Shown: in pieces, positions 11,901 to 21,757 of the stretch
Position numbering within the stretch: the stretch's first letter is position 1
How the letters are laid out: each line of letters starts with the position of its first letter
IMG/VR virus record: IMGVR_UViG_3300020180_000017
Span: 8,552-72,551 of that record
Source: a virus
Strand: one strand, 5' to 3'
Length of the DNA: 64,000 nt
The notes under the pieces: generated by a model
Seen by the model: only the letters and a program-made list of their open reading frames with translations
What the model was told of the DNA's origin: nothing
Database searches by the model: none
Translations under genes and position numbers: made by a program

Positions 11901-14900
11901 GTTATCTCCTACTTTATCAAGAAGCCATACTTCCTTATCTTTTTTGTATACGAGTGGTGCAATTTTTACAGGAATATCTTTTTTCTCTAACTTTTTTAAA
12001 GCTGCTTCAGCTAAATCTTTATTACTGTATATTTCACCAGAAACGCCTTGATTAGTTTTAACATTTGCTATTTCATATTCTGTTACTACTCCATCTTCAT
12101 CTTTTATTTCTCGAATAAAGTATATTGGATCTTTATCAATTATAATTTCTTCTTTTGCAAGTATTTTAGCTTTTATTTCTGCAATTTCACTTTCAAGTAA
12201 ATCTATTTTTTTTAGTGTTTCTTTAATGTCATTCTGTTGTTTTTCTATATCTATAATACGTTCTTTTTCAATATCATCAATAGAGCCTCTTTCTATATTT
12301 AATTCCTCTTGTTTCTTTAATATTTCATCTTTATTAAGAGCAATTAATTCTTCTTCTTTTTGTTTTAATAATTCTTTTAATTGTTCTATTTCACTTTTTA
12401 CTTCTGATTCTATTTCCGTTGTTATTTCTGGAGTAGTAGTTTTTGCTATTCTTATTTTTTCTTTTAAATATTCTAAATACTCTTCAGCATTCATATTTTT
12501 TAAGAGATTTGCTAAGTATTTTGCATTAATAGCTGCATTAGTAAGAGATGTTACACTATATATATTTCTAATTTGTTGAGAAAGACTATGTGCTAAATCT
12601 GAAAGTTCATTTTGTATTAATACTGCTTGAGCTTTTATATTTTTTTCATTTTGCTCAGAAGATATATTAGGATCACTTTTTAAAGAGGCTAATTTGCTTT
12701 CAAAAAATATTTTATTAAGATCTCCATAAATAAATTTAGTTACATCTTCGTATGAAGATAAAGGATTTTTTAAAATTGTAGTATTAATAAACTCATTTAG
12801 TGGGTCATTTATTAATGCATCCAATTTGTTTTGTGCTTTAACAAGCCTGTCTTCTTCTCTTTTTTTACCATCCTCTGTTATTGTTTTACTATCTATGTTT
12901 TGTTTTGCTTGATGAATATCTCCATATGCTTCTACAAATTTTAGTAATGTATCTTGCAATACATTTATTTCTGAATTTTCAGATTTAAACCTTGCAGTGA
13001 ATATTTCATCTTTATGTTTTTTTACAGCATTATTAAAAATATCTTCATTAATAACGTGATGAAGAGCTTCATTTTTTCTATTTTCAGCTAATATATTTAA
13101 ACTTTCATAAGTAATTAAACCACTTTTACTTTGAAATTTATCAAGGTTATAATCTTCATTACTTAATACTTTTTTAGATATACTAACATATCTGTCATAT
13201 ATTTTTTCATTTAATGATTCAGGGTCAAGTCCAAATTCTCTTACTTGAGATATAGGAGTATTTTTTACTGATTCTAAAGAAGAAAGTATTCCTTGTCCAA
13301 ATCCAGCATTGTTGCCAGATATAAAATAATCTTTAAAAGTTTGTTCTCTAAGTACATCAGCAAATGCTGGGCTGACATTATCCAACGAATCAGCTAATAT
13401 ATTTTGTTCATTTAATTTAGTAATCTTTGATTGAGTGGCTTTCATCATAGCAGTATATTCTAACGCTATTGCATCTAATCTATCTTTATTATCTCCAGGA
13501 GCTTTTTTTAGTTGATCCCATTCAGTTTTTAACTCTGCTGTTTTATTTGCATCCTGCCAAGTATTGTATTTGTTTTGTAGTTTTGCTATTCCAAATACAT
13601 CTGCATCCTTTTTATTTTTTATTTCTCCATAACCTACTCCACTAAGAGAGTACCAATTACTATTTATTTTATTTCCTTCTTTATCAAGTTTTCTTTTTTG
13701 TAAGTTAGCTTGTGCTACTGCCATACCTCCACCCATTATTCCTCCAAGAAGTATACTTGTAGCTAATTCTGTATCTCCACTTCCACCAAATAGTGTGGAA
13801 GCTTTTTCTGTTTGGCCAGCTATTTGTTGAAAATACTGCCATAAAGCAGAAGAATCAGGGTTGTAATGAAGGTATTCTTTGTCATTAGACGAATTTATTC
13901 TTTCAATAGCCAACTGAGGATTTTCTTCTAAGTATCCTTCTATAACCGTACCTTTTATCGCAAGTTTTACTCCTTGAACTACTCTATTATTAAGAAGTTT
14001 ACTAAGTTCTTTTTTAGCTACAACTTGTTGTGCGTTATTTACTGCACCCCTTATTGATGGAGCAGCTTGTTTTCCCAATGCTTTAAATAATAACTTTGTT
14101 TGAAACATGTTTGTTAAAGAAAGCAATGCTGCATTTGCTAAAAAAGTATTTGAAGCTTTATTATTTTTATACTCTTCAAATTCTTCTTGAGATAAATTAA
14201 ATAAAGGGTCAGTAAAATCTTTCCTTCTTTTATTTAAAGCGTCCACTACTCCTTTTGTTTCAAAAAATGATTCAGAAGCAACTGAATAAGCCCATTGAAT
14301 AGGTGCAGCAATTTCTTTACTGCCAAATAAAGCGTTTGAAGCATTTCCTAATCTTCCTGTTAACACTCTACCACCAGAGGCTATATTCATTGCAGCAGAC
14401 GCTTCTTCAGCTACTGTACCTAGTTCTCCAACTACTTGCGCTCTTTTAGCAAATGACAACCCTTTGCCAATCTTTGAAAATATTCCAGCAACAGGTATCA
14501 TTGCGGATAGCATAAATGCAAACCCATCTGCTGCTTCACTCCCCCAAAATTCAGAAGTAGTCATTTTTTCAAATGCTCCCATACTGTCATATTCAGAAGA
14601 TTTATAAGTTCTGAACATTGGGTCGTCCTTCATACCTTCTTGTACTTTATTAAAGTAATTGGAAAAGCCATTATCTGCCACTTTTAAAAAATAATCTTCT
14701 CCAAAAATATTAAGGGGGTTTAGAGCTGAACCAACATATCCCAATCCTTCAACAAATTTTAACCCTGCTTTAGCTACTATGTTAGTAGCCATAGTTCCAA
14801 TTGTTTTTAAACCTCTTGTAAGTACATTTTGTTTCATCCAATCATCGTAATACATTTGTTCATTCTCTTGGATTGTTTTTGTTAAGTCATAACCATATTT

Positions 14901-15215
14901 ATCATTAAGGTATTTTTTTTCTTCAAAATTATCAAAGTAAGAATTAAAATCTTTTTTTACAAATAATGTAGGATCAAATAAGTCTTGTTCTTGTTTTGGA
15001 TTATACTCTCGTAAAGTAAGCTTGGCCATTTCTCTAGTTGTCAATGGCTCTGCATTTTTATTGCGGGCATATTCTCCTTCATCAAATGTTCCAAAATCAA
15101 AAGGTTTATACTGTTTTAATATTGCTACATCAGTTGCATTCTTAAAGAAAGAATTAGCTGCATTATCTTTATCTATGTCTGATTTAAATATGTCCCATTC
15201 ATTTATATCTGGCAT
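8913..15215 (-). CDS. Large virion cargo/ejection protein (2100 aa)
   Basis: Adjacent to the vRNAP as in crAss-like phages. N-terminal Gly/Ala-rich hydrophobic helices, coiled coils and modular C-terminal inserts. Confidence 0.75.
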   Translation of the reverse strand: MPDINEWDIFKSDIDKDNAANSFFKNATDVAILKQYKPFDFGTFDEGEYARNKNAEPLTTREMAKLTLREYNPKQEQDLFDPTLFVKKDFNSYFDNFEEKKYLNDKYGYDLTKTIQENEQMYYDDWMKQNVLTRGLKTIGTMATNIVAKAGLKFVEGLGYVGSALNPLNIFGEDYFLKVADNGFSNYFNKVQEGMKDDPMFRTYKSSEYDSMGAFEKMTTSEFWGSEAADGFAFMLSAMIPVAGIFSKIGKGLSFAKRAQVVGELGTVAEEASAAMNIASGGRVLTGRLGNASNALFGSKEIAAPIQWAYSVASESFFETKGVVDALNKRRKDFTDPLFNLSQEEFEEYKNNKASNTFLANAALLSLTNMFQTKLLFKALGKQAAPSIRGAVNNAQQVVAKKELSKLLNNRVVQGVKLAIKGTVIEGYLEENPQLAIERINSSNDKEYLHYNPDSSALWQYFQQIAGQTEKASTLFGGSGDTELATSILLGGIMGGGMAVAQANLQKRKLDKEGNKINSNWYSLSGVGYGEIKNKKDADVFGIAKLQNKYNTWQDANKTAELKTEWDQLKKAPGDNKDRLDAIALEYTAMMKATQSKITKLNEQNILADSLDNVSPAFADVLREQTFKDYFISGNNAGFGQGILSSLESVKNTPISQVREFGLDPESLNEKIYDRYVSISKKVLSNEDYNLDKFQSKSGLITYESLNILAENRKNEALHHVINEDIFNNAVKKHKDEIFTARFKSENSEINVLQDTLLKFVEAYGDIHQAKQNIDSKTITEDGKKREEDRLVKAQNKLDALINDPLNEFINTTILKNPLSSYEDVTKFIYGDLNKIFFESKLASLKSDPNISSEQNEKNIKAQAVLIQNELSDLAHSLSQQIRNIYSVTSLTNAAINAKYLANLLKNMNAEEYLEYLKEKIRIAKTTTPEITTEIESEVKSEIEQLKELLKQKEEELIALNKDEILKKQEELNIERGSIDDIEKERIIDIEKQQNDIKETLKKIDLLESEIAEIKAKILAKEEIIIDKDPIYFIREIKDEDGVVTEYEIANVKTNQGVSGEIYSNKDLAEAALKKLEKKDIPVKIAPLVYKKDKEVWLLDKVGDNYIYYPEGTTQEDIDSLTPAPLKTIIPEVSNETAEAIENHFSPTKPVVGVFQEVVFNGKSYRKYADGRIFEMQDEVEYKADLTVDSLRKLDALFNGVVIEDEVEVEIKDSATPYLTPNKSVISLVEVVNKVDVTKKVIIPEIGEIDAMPIIASKYDIKMNALMLMPGFGSFISENSFQLVIQKGDFSEESQRKNRFTDKVNAGIDAGVVQEGHVIALVDSDGKYVKIKVDEKITQDDTGDVVMFNIDKNIFLSHLSKSAGIYKDKIDPAMSEEEIILNVYGIVDNKVKQLEEAIELIDRDKTGATKIPIYFMESSRGKQPYGNQYILVNSVIAKPKLTFITKKTYDNKVNFNGEFFSVGSFIVQIHGKEHIKVIPATIGDNENEVVKNSVKNIFDLDYSKLSDAQKELVLKFISKYLFIKSLPPLPKSKKLLFEPTKNKNSPYVIKVSNGKLTLFKVSGTEEISFDPMDLTLSLPFVDLDKNTKLKILNDKFEEVEINATEYLLNNLKTNYKPLIDKDNNLRSLPLTPYFTFSYSKENPITDVQTTSEVGSLNDELTNAENRYEEMQSRHKNEIEEYNKKNNTDFLNRDEILYGRNEYSDFERTKEILEIANRQKAEEEKSRGEVLSVIDKFSTVNAPQLTNEEKSKRKEIFEKLKTIWNRISSKDSNNRADLDEGFAVDFTAASEAGGVNIPAHGMGKSSLASALKDLFELMNNGINPKRGHGGLDVAPLTAPEVSAQTTGGGHAYRDGAFILLGTDGMITNINDIRGILVNDGLLNSNPEIIDLLRQSFPNLEIQSYSNAAKAVESLLDKQPQPQKEVDAPIPVSDLEIEIAKIEKRRQEELIISLGIIQMDKIKGWYSSHLVNTQLVGDKNKEEALKKVLLSIIKRVENKEKLGQQSKIFDSEIQAYENIKLINARYNAALAVLKSEPQKVSNSLLNEIHELTSKSSIDIGLIEFGIQSLEGAYGPVKSVKKVSDYNRIVKEINELNDLIQCK

Positions 15216-17899
15216 TATTTTCTTTGTATTATTTTATTTCTAAATTGATTTAACAAAATTAAAGCTTTTTCAAACGTTAAAATATTTCCATACTCTCCTA
15301 TAGGATTATCCCATACTCCATTTTTCTTTTCTTCAATCGAATATGTCACTCTACCATTACTATCTTTAAAAGCTTTTATCATTACTGGAATTTTAATTCC
15401 ATCTCCACTTGGTACATTCATTTGTCGTAACACAGTTTCTTTTCCAACTGTTAAAGGGCTTTCTTCAAATGCATGTTTAAGGTTCAATAAGTCTTTGTTA
15501 TCTGTTAATCCTGGAATTGTATTTGTATTAGTTATATTTATATCACTTTTATAAGCAATATAATTACCTGCTTCAGATTTCATTATTCTTGCACCAGCAG
15601 CAATTAATTTATTTTCATTTACTTCTCCTCTTTCATTTATTACTTTATCTGGAGTTTTTAATACAATTTCATTGTATTTTGTATAACCCATTACTTGATA
15701 ACCGTCTTCTATGAATTCTTTTGCACTTCCTTGAAATTTTGTAGCTCTTATTGCATCTGCTACTAATATATCATATAGCTTTGGATCACTACTAAATTTT
15801 TCTTTGTATATTCTATTACTTTCTATTATTGCTATGCCATAAATATTATTCTCTAACTCTTTAATATCATTAATTCTTTCGCTAGATTTACTTTGTACAT
15901 CTCCTAATAAATTATAGACGGGATGTCTAGATGAATGAATTTCCCCATTATTTACTATTTGTGGGATTTCTTGTCCATTTTTAAAGATTATATACTTTGT
16001 ATCAATAACACCTGTTCTCCCATTTGTCATTTCTTTTTTAATAAATATAGAACCATCATTACTTTTACCATTACTATTTGTAAGTGCTTCTCTTAATTGG
16101 TTTCCTTTAACAACTTGACTTCCATAATTAACTGTTTTATTATCCACTTCTCTCATTACTTCTGTTATAGAAGGAATTTCTTTATCTACTCTAGCTTGAT
16201 TTATCTCTATAATTTTCTTTTTAGTTTCTATTTCAATGGATTTTTCTTCTACTACAGATAAATAGTCTTTAATTGCATTTACTGTATTAGTCCTGTAAGT
16301 GTTTGCTATTTCTGCAACTTGCTTATCCTTGGGTAATACTCTATTTTTTTGACGTATTAATTCATTTTCATTTTCTATAGTGTTATATGCTTTTACTACT
16401 GACTCTAAATAAGTAATTTGTTGATCTCTATTTATTGCTATATTTGGATCAAATCCTTTATTTATATCAGCTCCTATTCCAGTATAGAATCCTGCATCTC
16501 TATCTTCTATTTTTGCAGGGCTTAATTTATTAGACAGTGTATTTCCTGCATCAACTATTGATTTACTTGCACTAGCTACTTCTGCATTTAATTGAGCAGC
16601 ATATATATTTCCTTCTTTATCTTCTGTAGTACTTTGTTTTAATACTATTCCTTCATCTAATGGAGCTGAATTAGGATCTGTAGATACAGATCCAGTTCTT
16701 CTATATTCTTCTGTTTTATACGAATTACCAACTTTTATTTCTTCCAGTTCTTTATTTTGCCCATGTTCTTTATCACTCATAAAGATTTCATTTTTAAAGT
16801 CATTAGCATCTTTTAAAGTTTGAAAATTTTGTTTTTGTATAATTGCATTTGCTTCATTTAAGCTAAATTCATTTGAAGTATCAGGTGTTGCAAATTCATT
16901 ACCCATTTCCCTTGCATGAGAAATAACAGCTAGTTGATAGGCATATCTGTTCATATTCTGACTTACATCAGAATAATCTCCTCTGTTAATATCGCCTAAT
17001 CCTTCTTGTAATTTGTCTATTTCCCCACTCAAAGATGCTGCAAATTCAGTCCAATATTTAAACTTAACTGGATCTATTTTATTTTCATTAGCCAGTAATC
17101 TTGCTTTTGTTAATCTTTCTGTCTTCTCTTCTATATTTGTTGCTCCTATATTTCTCCAAGCTAAAGCTAACCCTTCTGGGTTATTGTGGTATTGAACTTT
17201 TTTTCTTAAAGCTATTTGGTATTTTGCTTTATCTGATAGTTGATCTAAGCATCCTGCTATTTTTGAAGCAGTTAAAGAATTGTTTGTTTTTGTTTCATAT
17301 GTTAACGGATCTTCTCCAGAAAACATTATTGTTTCTTTATTTGGTTTACATTGTTTTAGTAATTCAAGACTCTCTTTGGAAACATCATAGTAAGGTGTAT
17401 AACTTACTTGCTTATCTAAATAATCTTTTGACTCGTCTCCATTTTCAATTCCTTTTTTAAAATCTTGGTAATGGTTCATTACATCTTGAGCACTTAACTC
17501 ATTGTAGTCTTTTCCTGCATTTTTAGTTCTATCCCTATTAATTTTAGCAAATTCAGATTGATAATAAGTTGTGTTTTTATGGTTATCCATCATTTCAACA
17601 TCTTTATATAATGGAGCATAAATGCTAATTGCAGAAGCAGCATTGTCATACATACTTAAATCATTTGAAAGAGCTTTTTTCAATTGTTCATTTGCTCCTT
17701 CCATAAATGTTTTAAGTCTATTTTTTGCAATATCTCCAGATATAGCTAATCCTGCTGCACTTTCGTAAGCAGTTTTAACCCTTTGTACTCCTTGTTTCCA
17801 ATAAGCTTCTTTTACTTCTAACCCTTTTAATATTCCAGCGTAATCAGTCTGAAACGGTTGTACTTTATCGTAATTATATTTTTCTACGTAACTAGGCAA
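15215..17899 (-). CDS. Virion cargo/ejection protein (894 aa, TTG start)
   Basis: Long helical ORF overlapping the 2100-aa gene by 1 bp. Syntenic with the crAss-like cargo block. Confidence 0.7.
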   Translation of the reverse strand: MPSYVEKYNYDKVQPFQTDYAGILKGLEVKEAYWKQGVQRVKTAYESAAGLAISGDIAKNRLKTFMEGANEQLKKALSNDLSMYDNAASAISIYAPLYKDVEMMDNHKNTTYYQSEFAKINRDRTKNAGKDYNELSAQDVMNHYQDFKKGIENGDESKDYLDKQVSYTPYYDVSKESLELLKQCKPNKETIMFSGEDPLTYETKTNNSLTASKIAGCLDQLSDKAKYQIALRKKVQYHNNPEGLALAWRNIGATNIEEKTERLTKARLLANENKIDPVKFKYWTEFAASLSGEIDKLQEGLGDINRGDYSDVSQNMNRYAYQLAVISHAREMGNEFATPDTSNEFSLNEANAIIQKQNFQTLKDANDFKNEIFMSDKEHGQNKELEEIKVGNSYKTEEYRRTGSVSTDPNSAPLDEGIVLKQSTTEDKEGNIYAAQLNAEVASASKSIVDAGNTLSNKLSPAKIEDRDAGFYTGIGADINKGFDPNIAINRDQQITYLESVVKAYNTIENENELIRQKNRVLPKDKQVAEIANTYRTNTVNAIKDYLSVVEEKSIEIETKKKIIEINQARVDKEIPSITEVMREVDNKTVNYGSQVVKGNQLREALTNSNGKSNDGSIFIKKEMTNGRTGVIDTKYIIFKNGQEIPQIVNNGEIHSSRHPVYNLLGDVQSKSSERINDIKELENNIYGIAIIESNRIYKEKFSSDPKLYDILVADAIRATKFQGSAKEFIEDGYQVMGYTKYNEIVLKTPDKVINERGEVNENKLIAAGARIMKSEAGNYIAYKSDINITNTNTIPGLTDNKDLLNLKHAFEESPLTVGKETVLRQMNVPSGDGIKIPVMIKAFKDSNGRVTYSIEEKKNGVWDNPIGEYGNILTFEKALILLNQFRNKIIQRK

Positions 17900-17936
17900 T
17901 TTTGTAAATTTAGTTTATTATTAATAACTCCGCAAA

Positions 17937-19844
17937 TTATTTTCTTTTTATATAACCTCCATATTTATTTCGATATGGTGTTTCTTTATTTACTAGTAAT
18001 TTTATTAATGAATTATACAGAACTGATTGTGCTTTTTCATCAGTTGTACCATTTATTGCTTGTCTCAAATTAGATATTTCTTCATCAAATATACCTTGTT
18101 TTTGACTTTGTGGCATATTCCAACCATCCACTCCATTAAATTTAAAATTACCCATCCAATCAGGGCTATAAGCAGTATTATACATTCTTTTACCTACTGC
18201 ATTAGTAATATAATTTCCGTTTTTATCTTTCATTGGATATTGCGGCATTGTACTTAATGCGTGTTGCATTTGTTGATTTTGCCCGTAGTATCCTATAAAT
18301 TTGTTTAAATATTCTGTGGAATCATTTATTTTTTGTTCGTTAATTCTACCTACTGTAGTATCTGTCAATACGTTGTAATTATTATTATTCTGTACGTTTC
18401 TTGCATTTACAGCATTAAAACCTCTATTGTTATAATCATTTTGAGCATTTTGTATTTCTACGTTACCGCTATCGTATTGACTTCTAATTTTATTAGCATT
18501 ATCCATACTTTCAGTAAATGCTTTTTGAGCCATAGCATTATTACCTGATAATGCTCCAATTCTTTGAAATTGCAAATAATTATCAGCATTTTGTCGTAAT
18601 GCTAGATTTGGATTTAGTAATTGAGATTCCAATGATTTAAAACTATCTCGTAAACTATTTGGATACAAATATTTACGAGTGGAATTTATTGCTAAACTTC
18701 CAAACAAACTTAATATTTGTCCCGTATTAAACGGAACTTTTTGATTGGTATACTCACTTCCAGGATTATCTATTTCTGCTTGTTGTATATCTGATAATTT
18801 TTTAGGTGAAGTATTTGTTGCTTCTAAAATACTTTGAGGTGCAAATTTATCTATTGGAGTGGGTCTTTTAACTGTATATTCTCCTGTAATTCTTTGTCTT
18901 TCTTTATTTGGTATAAAGTTGTCTACAGGTTGTATAACTCTTGGATTTTTTTGAGGTACATTAGGAGTAACTATTTTTGGAGCTTTTTTTGCTTCTTCTA
19001 CTATAACTTTTTTCTCTTCTTCTGTGCATTCCTCACATACTTTATTTATTAAGTTAGTAAGAACATTACCATAGGGTAATTTTTGAATTGCTGCTCTTAC
19101 TTGTTTTGGATCATTGAGGTCAATTGAATTAGTTGAAGTAGTATTTGATGGCATTGTTGCAGGTGGTGTTAATTCATTTCGGTTAAAAACGTAATTAAGC
19201 CGTTTCCCATCAAAAGCAACTCCATATTTATTACCTCCAAGTTGTGCATATTGTTTAGATGTATCTATGCTTGTTTTAGTGTTTTCTGAAAAAATAGGTT
19301 CAGTTCCTTCAGAAAACTTTGGTGTTCCCTGTTTAAATTCTTTTTTAGCTTCTTGTAAAAACGCTATTTGACCAAGATATTCTTGATTTTTTTGTAGCAT
19401 CTCCTTAGCTGTATTCTTTGCTGTTACATCTCTATTTTTAACATCACTAAGTATACCTGACATTTGATTGTGGTTTTCAATGTTAATTTGTCTCTCTACT
19501 AATTTTGCTGGTGTATTATATTTTTTGGCACTTCCTCCTAATTTAAATCCAAAAGCTTCTTGTTGTTTTTTAGGTATAGCCATTGAGTTGTCTCTGGAAA
19601 AGATAAATGAATCTTCTTCAATGTTTAATTTAGTTCCACCTTGACTATGGCGTTTTCCTCCAACTCTATATAGATTCATTAAATCAGGGCTTACAACTAA
19701 TTCACCTAACTCTGCTTCAAGATTCGCTACTTCTTCATCAACAGGTTTTAACGTAGTACTAACATTAGGAAGTTCATTACTCCTATTTATATTAATTACA
19801 TTTCTCTCTGCTCTATTAGGATTTGTTACTATTTGAATTCTCAT
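17937..19844 (-). CDS. Virion cargo protein (635 aa)
   Basis: N-terminal EAELGE...GKRHSQGG motif of the kind seen in Bacteroidota phage virion proteins; xxGG linker motifs. Confidence 0.6.
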   Translation of the reverse strand: MRIQIVTNPNRAERNVININRSNELPNVSTTLKPVDEEVANLEAELGELVVSPDLMNLYRVGGKRHSQGGTKLNIEEDSFIFSRDNSMAIPKKQQEAFGFKLGGSAKKYNTPAKLVERQINIENHNQMSGILSDVKNRDVTAKNTAKEMLQKNQEYLGQIAFLQEAKKEFKQGTPKFSEGTEPIFSENTKTSIDTSKQYAQLGGNKYGVAFDGKRLNYVFNRNELTPPATMPSNTTSTNSIDLNDPKQVRAAIQKLPYGNVLTNLINKVCEECTEEEKKVIVEEAKKAPKIVTPNVPQKNPRVIQPVDNFIPNKERQRITGEYTVKRPTPIDKFAPQSILEATNTSPKKLSDIQQAEIDNPGSEYTNQKVPFNTGQILSLFGSLAINSTRKYLYPNSLRDSFKSLESQLLNPNLALRQNADNYLQFQRIGALSGNNAMAQKAFTESMDNANKIRSQYDSGNVEIQNAQNDYNNRGFNAVNARNVQNNNNYNVLTDTTVGRINEQKINDSTEYLNKFIGYYGQNQQMQHALSTMPQYPMKDKNGNYITNAVGKRMYNTAYSPDWMGNFKFNGVDGWNMPQSQKQGIFDEEISNLRQAINGTTDEKAQSVLYNSLIKLLVNKETPYRNKYGGYIKRK

Positions 19845-21757
19845 TATAAATTTTTTATATTGTATCCCATTGCCTTTAATTGCATTGCTTGTATGGGTGT
19901 TACTTCATAAGTTCCACCCTCTTTAAAATTCTGAATTTCTTGAAAGAATTGCTTTATTTTATTTGGTTGCCCAGTAATATCCATTGCTGCTCTTGCATTT
20001 CCATTTAATTTTTTGTAGTGATAACTATTTTTACTATGTACTGGATCAATTTTAGCATCTTCTTCTCCATCCTCTGTTACATTTAACCCTAAGCTTTTTG
20101 CTAAAATTTTAGCTTTACTCATTGTTTCTGAATTTTGTGAAGCAAAGTGGCCGTGATTACTATGCCCTCCTAAAGGAGTATTTTTAAATCCTCTTTTATT
20201 ATTATAGTTTAAACCTATAGGGTCATAAAACATTTCTGAAATATCATTTCCTTTGTAAGTTTGATTGATAGGACTTTTACGAACTTCTACATCTTTATTA
20301 TTTTTATATTGTCTTGAAGAACTATAATCTTCATTGACAATATCCATACCTTTCTTATATCTATCTTTTTTCTTTCTTATTCTTTCTGCATATTCTTCTT
20401 CACTTGAGTCTGTTTTTTCTTTTGTTTCTTCTTTTGGTTTTATATCTTCATCAAAAAGTTCAAAAAAGTCTATTTCATCTTCTTCTGTAAACATTCCACC
20501 CTTTTTAAAATATCCTTTATTTACTCCTTGTGAATAACCATATTGATTAGTTACGTCTACGTAAGGATCATTTTGTTGAATCCTATTATTTCCTTGTTTT
20601 GTCTTCTCGGCATTATTAGCTACCATTTGTCCAATACCAGAGAGAGTACTACCTAATAAAGAACCCAATGGGTTAAAACCAAATTGATTTTGCATTGTAT
20701 ATTTTGGTTTTTCATTGTAGGCTTTTGTTAAATCATCTGTAACAGGGTCTCTATTTAAACGCTTAAAATAGGCATCCATTTCTTTTTGTCTTTGAGCTTC
20801 CTGTCTTTTTTTCATTTCTTCTAATGTTTCAGGTGCTATTCCTTTTGGAGGGACTAAATTAGGGTCTATATAACCATCTTGTGGTGGTTTTGGAAATACA
20901 TATCCGGCATCTTGATATTTTTTTAATCCTCCGTGTTTAAAAACGGGTGTGGTAGTTAGAAAAACAAATGAAGGAGATTTCAAAGTTGTTATTGTACCTT
21001 CTTTTAATTTTTTCTTTAGTCCATCCATTAATTGTTGAGATGTCTTAGCAATTCCTCCTTTACTAAATTTTCTTATTTTTAAGTTTTCTATATCTTCTGG
21101 AGTTAATGGTTGACCATTCTGAGTCCAAACTGGGCCAAATGCTCCAGCATGATGCCATGCTTTTTGTTCTACTGCACTTGTTGGAGTATTACTTTGAGGT
21201 AATGATTGTTGAATTGGTATTTGTAATGGTTGCGGGTTTGTTCCAGTAAATCCTGCTATTGGTACTTGCTGACTTAAAGTAGGGTTAGCTACAATCCTTT
21301 GTCTATTTGATAATACTTTTTCTGGTTGCTCTTTTAGTTTTGGTATTACTACTGGTTTTCTATAAATAGGGTATGCCATACCTTCTCCCCAATCTTTAGT
21401 TGCTATAGGTTGTATTTTACCGGGAAATTTACCTGTTCTATAATATTCATAATCGTAATCTATATTATTTCTTCTTGCAAAAGCATTTGTTCTAAATCCA
21501 TCTACTACATTATACCAACTAGGAGGTAATCCATTATAATGTTTAGGATTTTCTATATCTTTTGTTTTTTTATAAAGATTACTACTATCACTCCTATTTT
21601 GTAAAGCTTTTTTGTATTGTGCTTCATCATCATACCATTTTACAAATTCTTTAGGGTCTTTTGACTTATTACCACCCTTCTGCATTACAGGCATATTCTT
21701 AGGATAAGGAACAAATTCCCATTCATCTGAATCAATGTATTTTTTATATTTTTGCAT
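19844..21757 (-). CDS. Modular virion cargo protein with C-terminal circularly permuted peptidase M15-like domain (637 aa)
   Basis: HSKNSYH...AAMDI and GGHSNHGH motifs; several F/MxxGG linkers. Confidence 0.6.
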   Translation of the reverse strand: MQKYKKYIDSDEWEFVPYPKNMPVMQKGGNKSKDPKEFVKWYDDEAQYKKALQNRSDSSNLYKKTKDIENPKHYNGLPPSWYNVVDGFRTNAFARRNNIDYDYEYYRTGKFPGKIQPIATKDWGEGMAYPIYRKPVVIPKLKEQPEKVLSNRQRIVANPTLSQQVPIAGFTGTNPQPLQIPIQQSLPQSNTPTSAVEQKAWHHAGAFGPVWTQNGQPLTPEDIENLKIRKFSKGGIAKTSQQLMDGLKKKLKEGTITTLKSPSFVFLTTTPVFKHGGLKKYQDAGYVFPKPPQDGYIDPNLVPPKGIAPETLEEMKKRQEAQRQKEMDAYFKRLNRDPVTDDLTKAYNEKPKYTMQNQFGFNPLGSLLGSTLSGIGQMVANNAEKTKQGNNRIQQNDPYVDVTNQYGYSQGVNKGYFKKGGMFTEEDEIDFFELFDEDIKPKEETKEKTDSSEEEYAERIRKKKDRYKKGMDIVNEDYSSSRQYKNNKDVEVRKSPINQTYKGNDISEMFYDPIGLNYNNKRGFKNTPLGGHSNHGHFASQNSETMSKAKILAKSLGLNVTEDGEEDAKIDPVHSKNSYHYKKLNGNARAAMDITGQPNKIKQFFQEIQNFKEGGTYEVTPIQAMQLKAMGYNIKNL

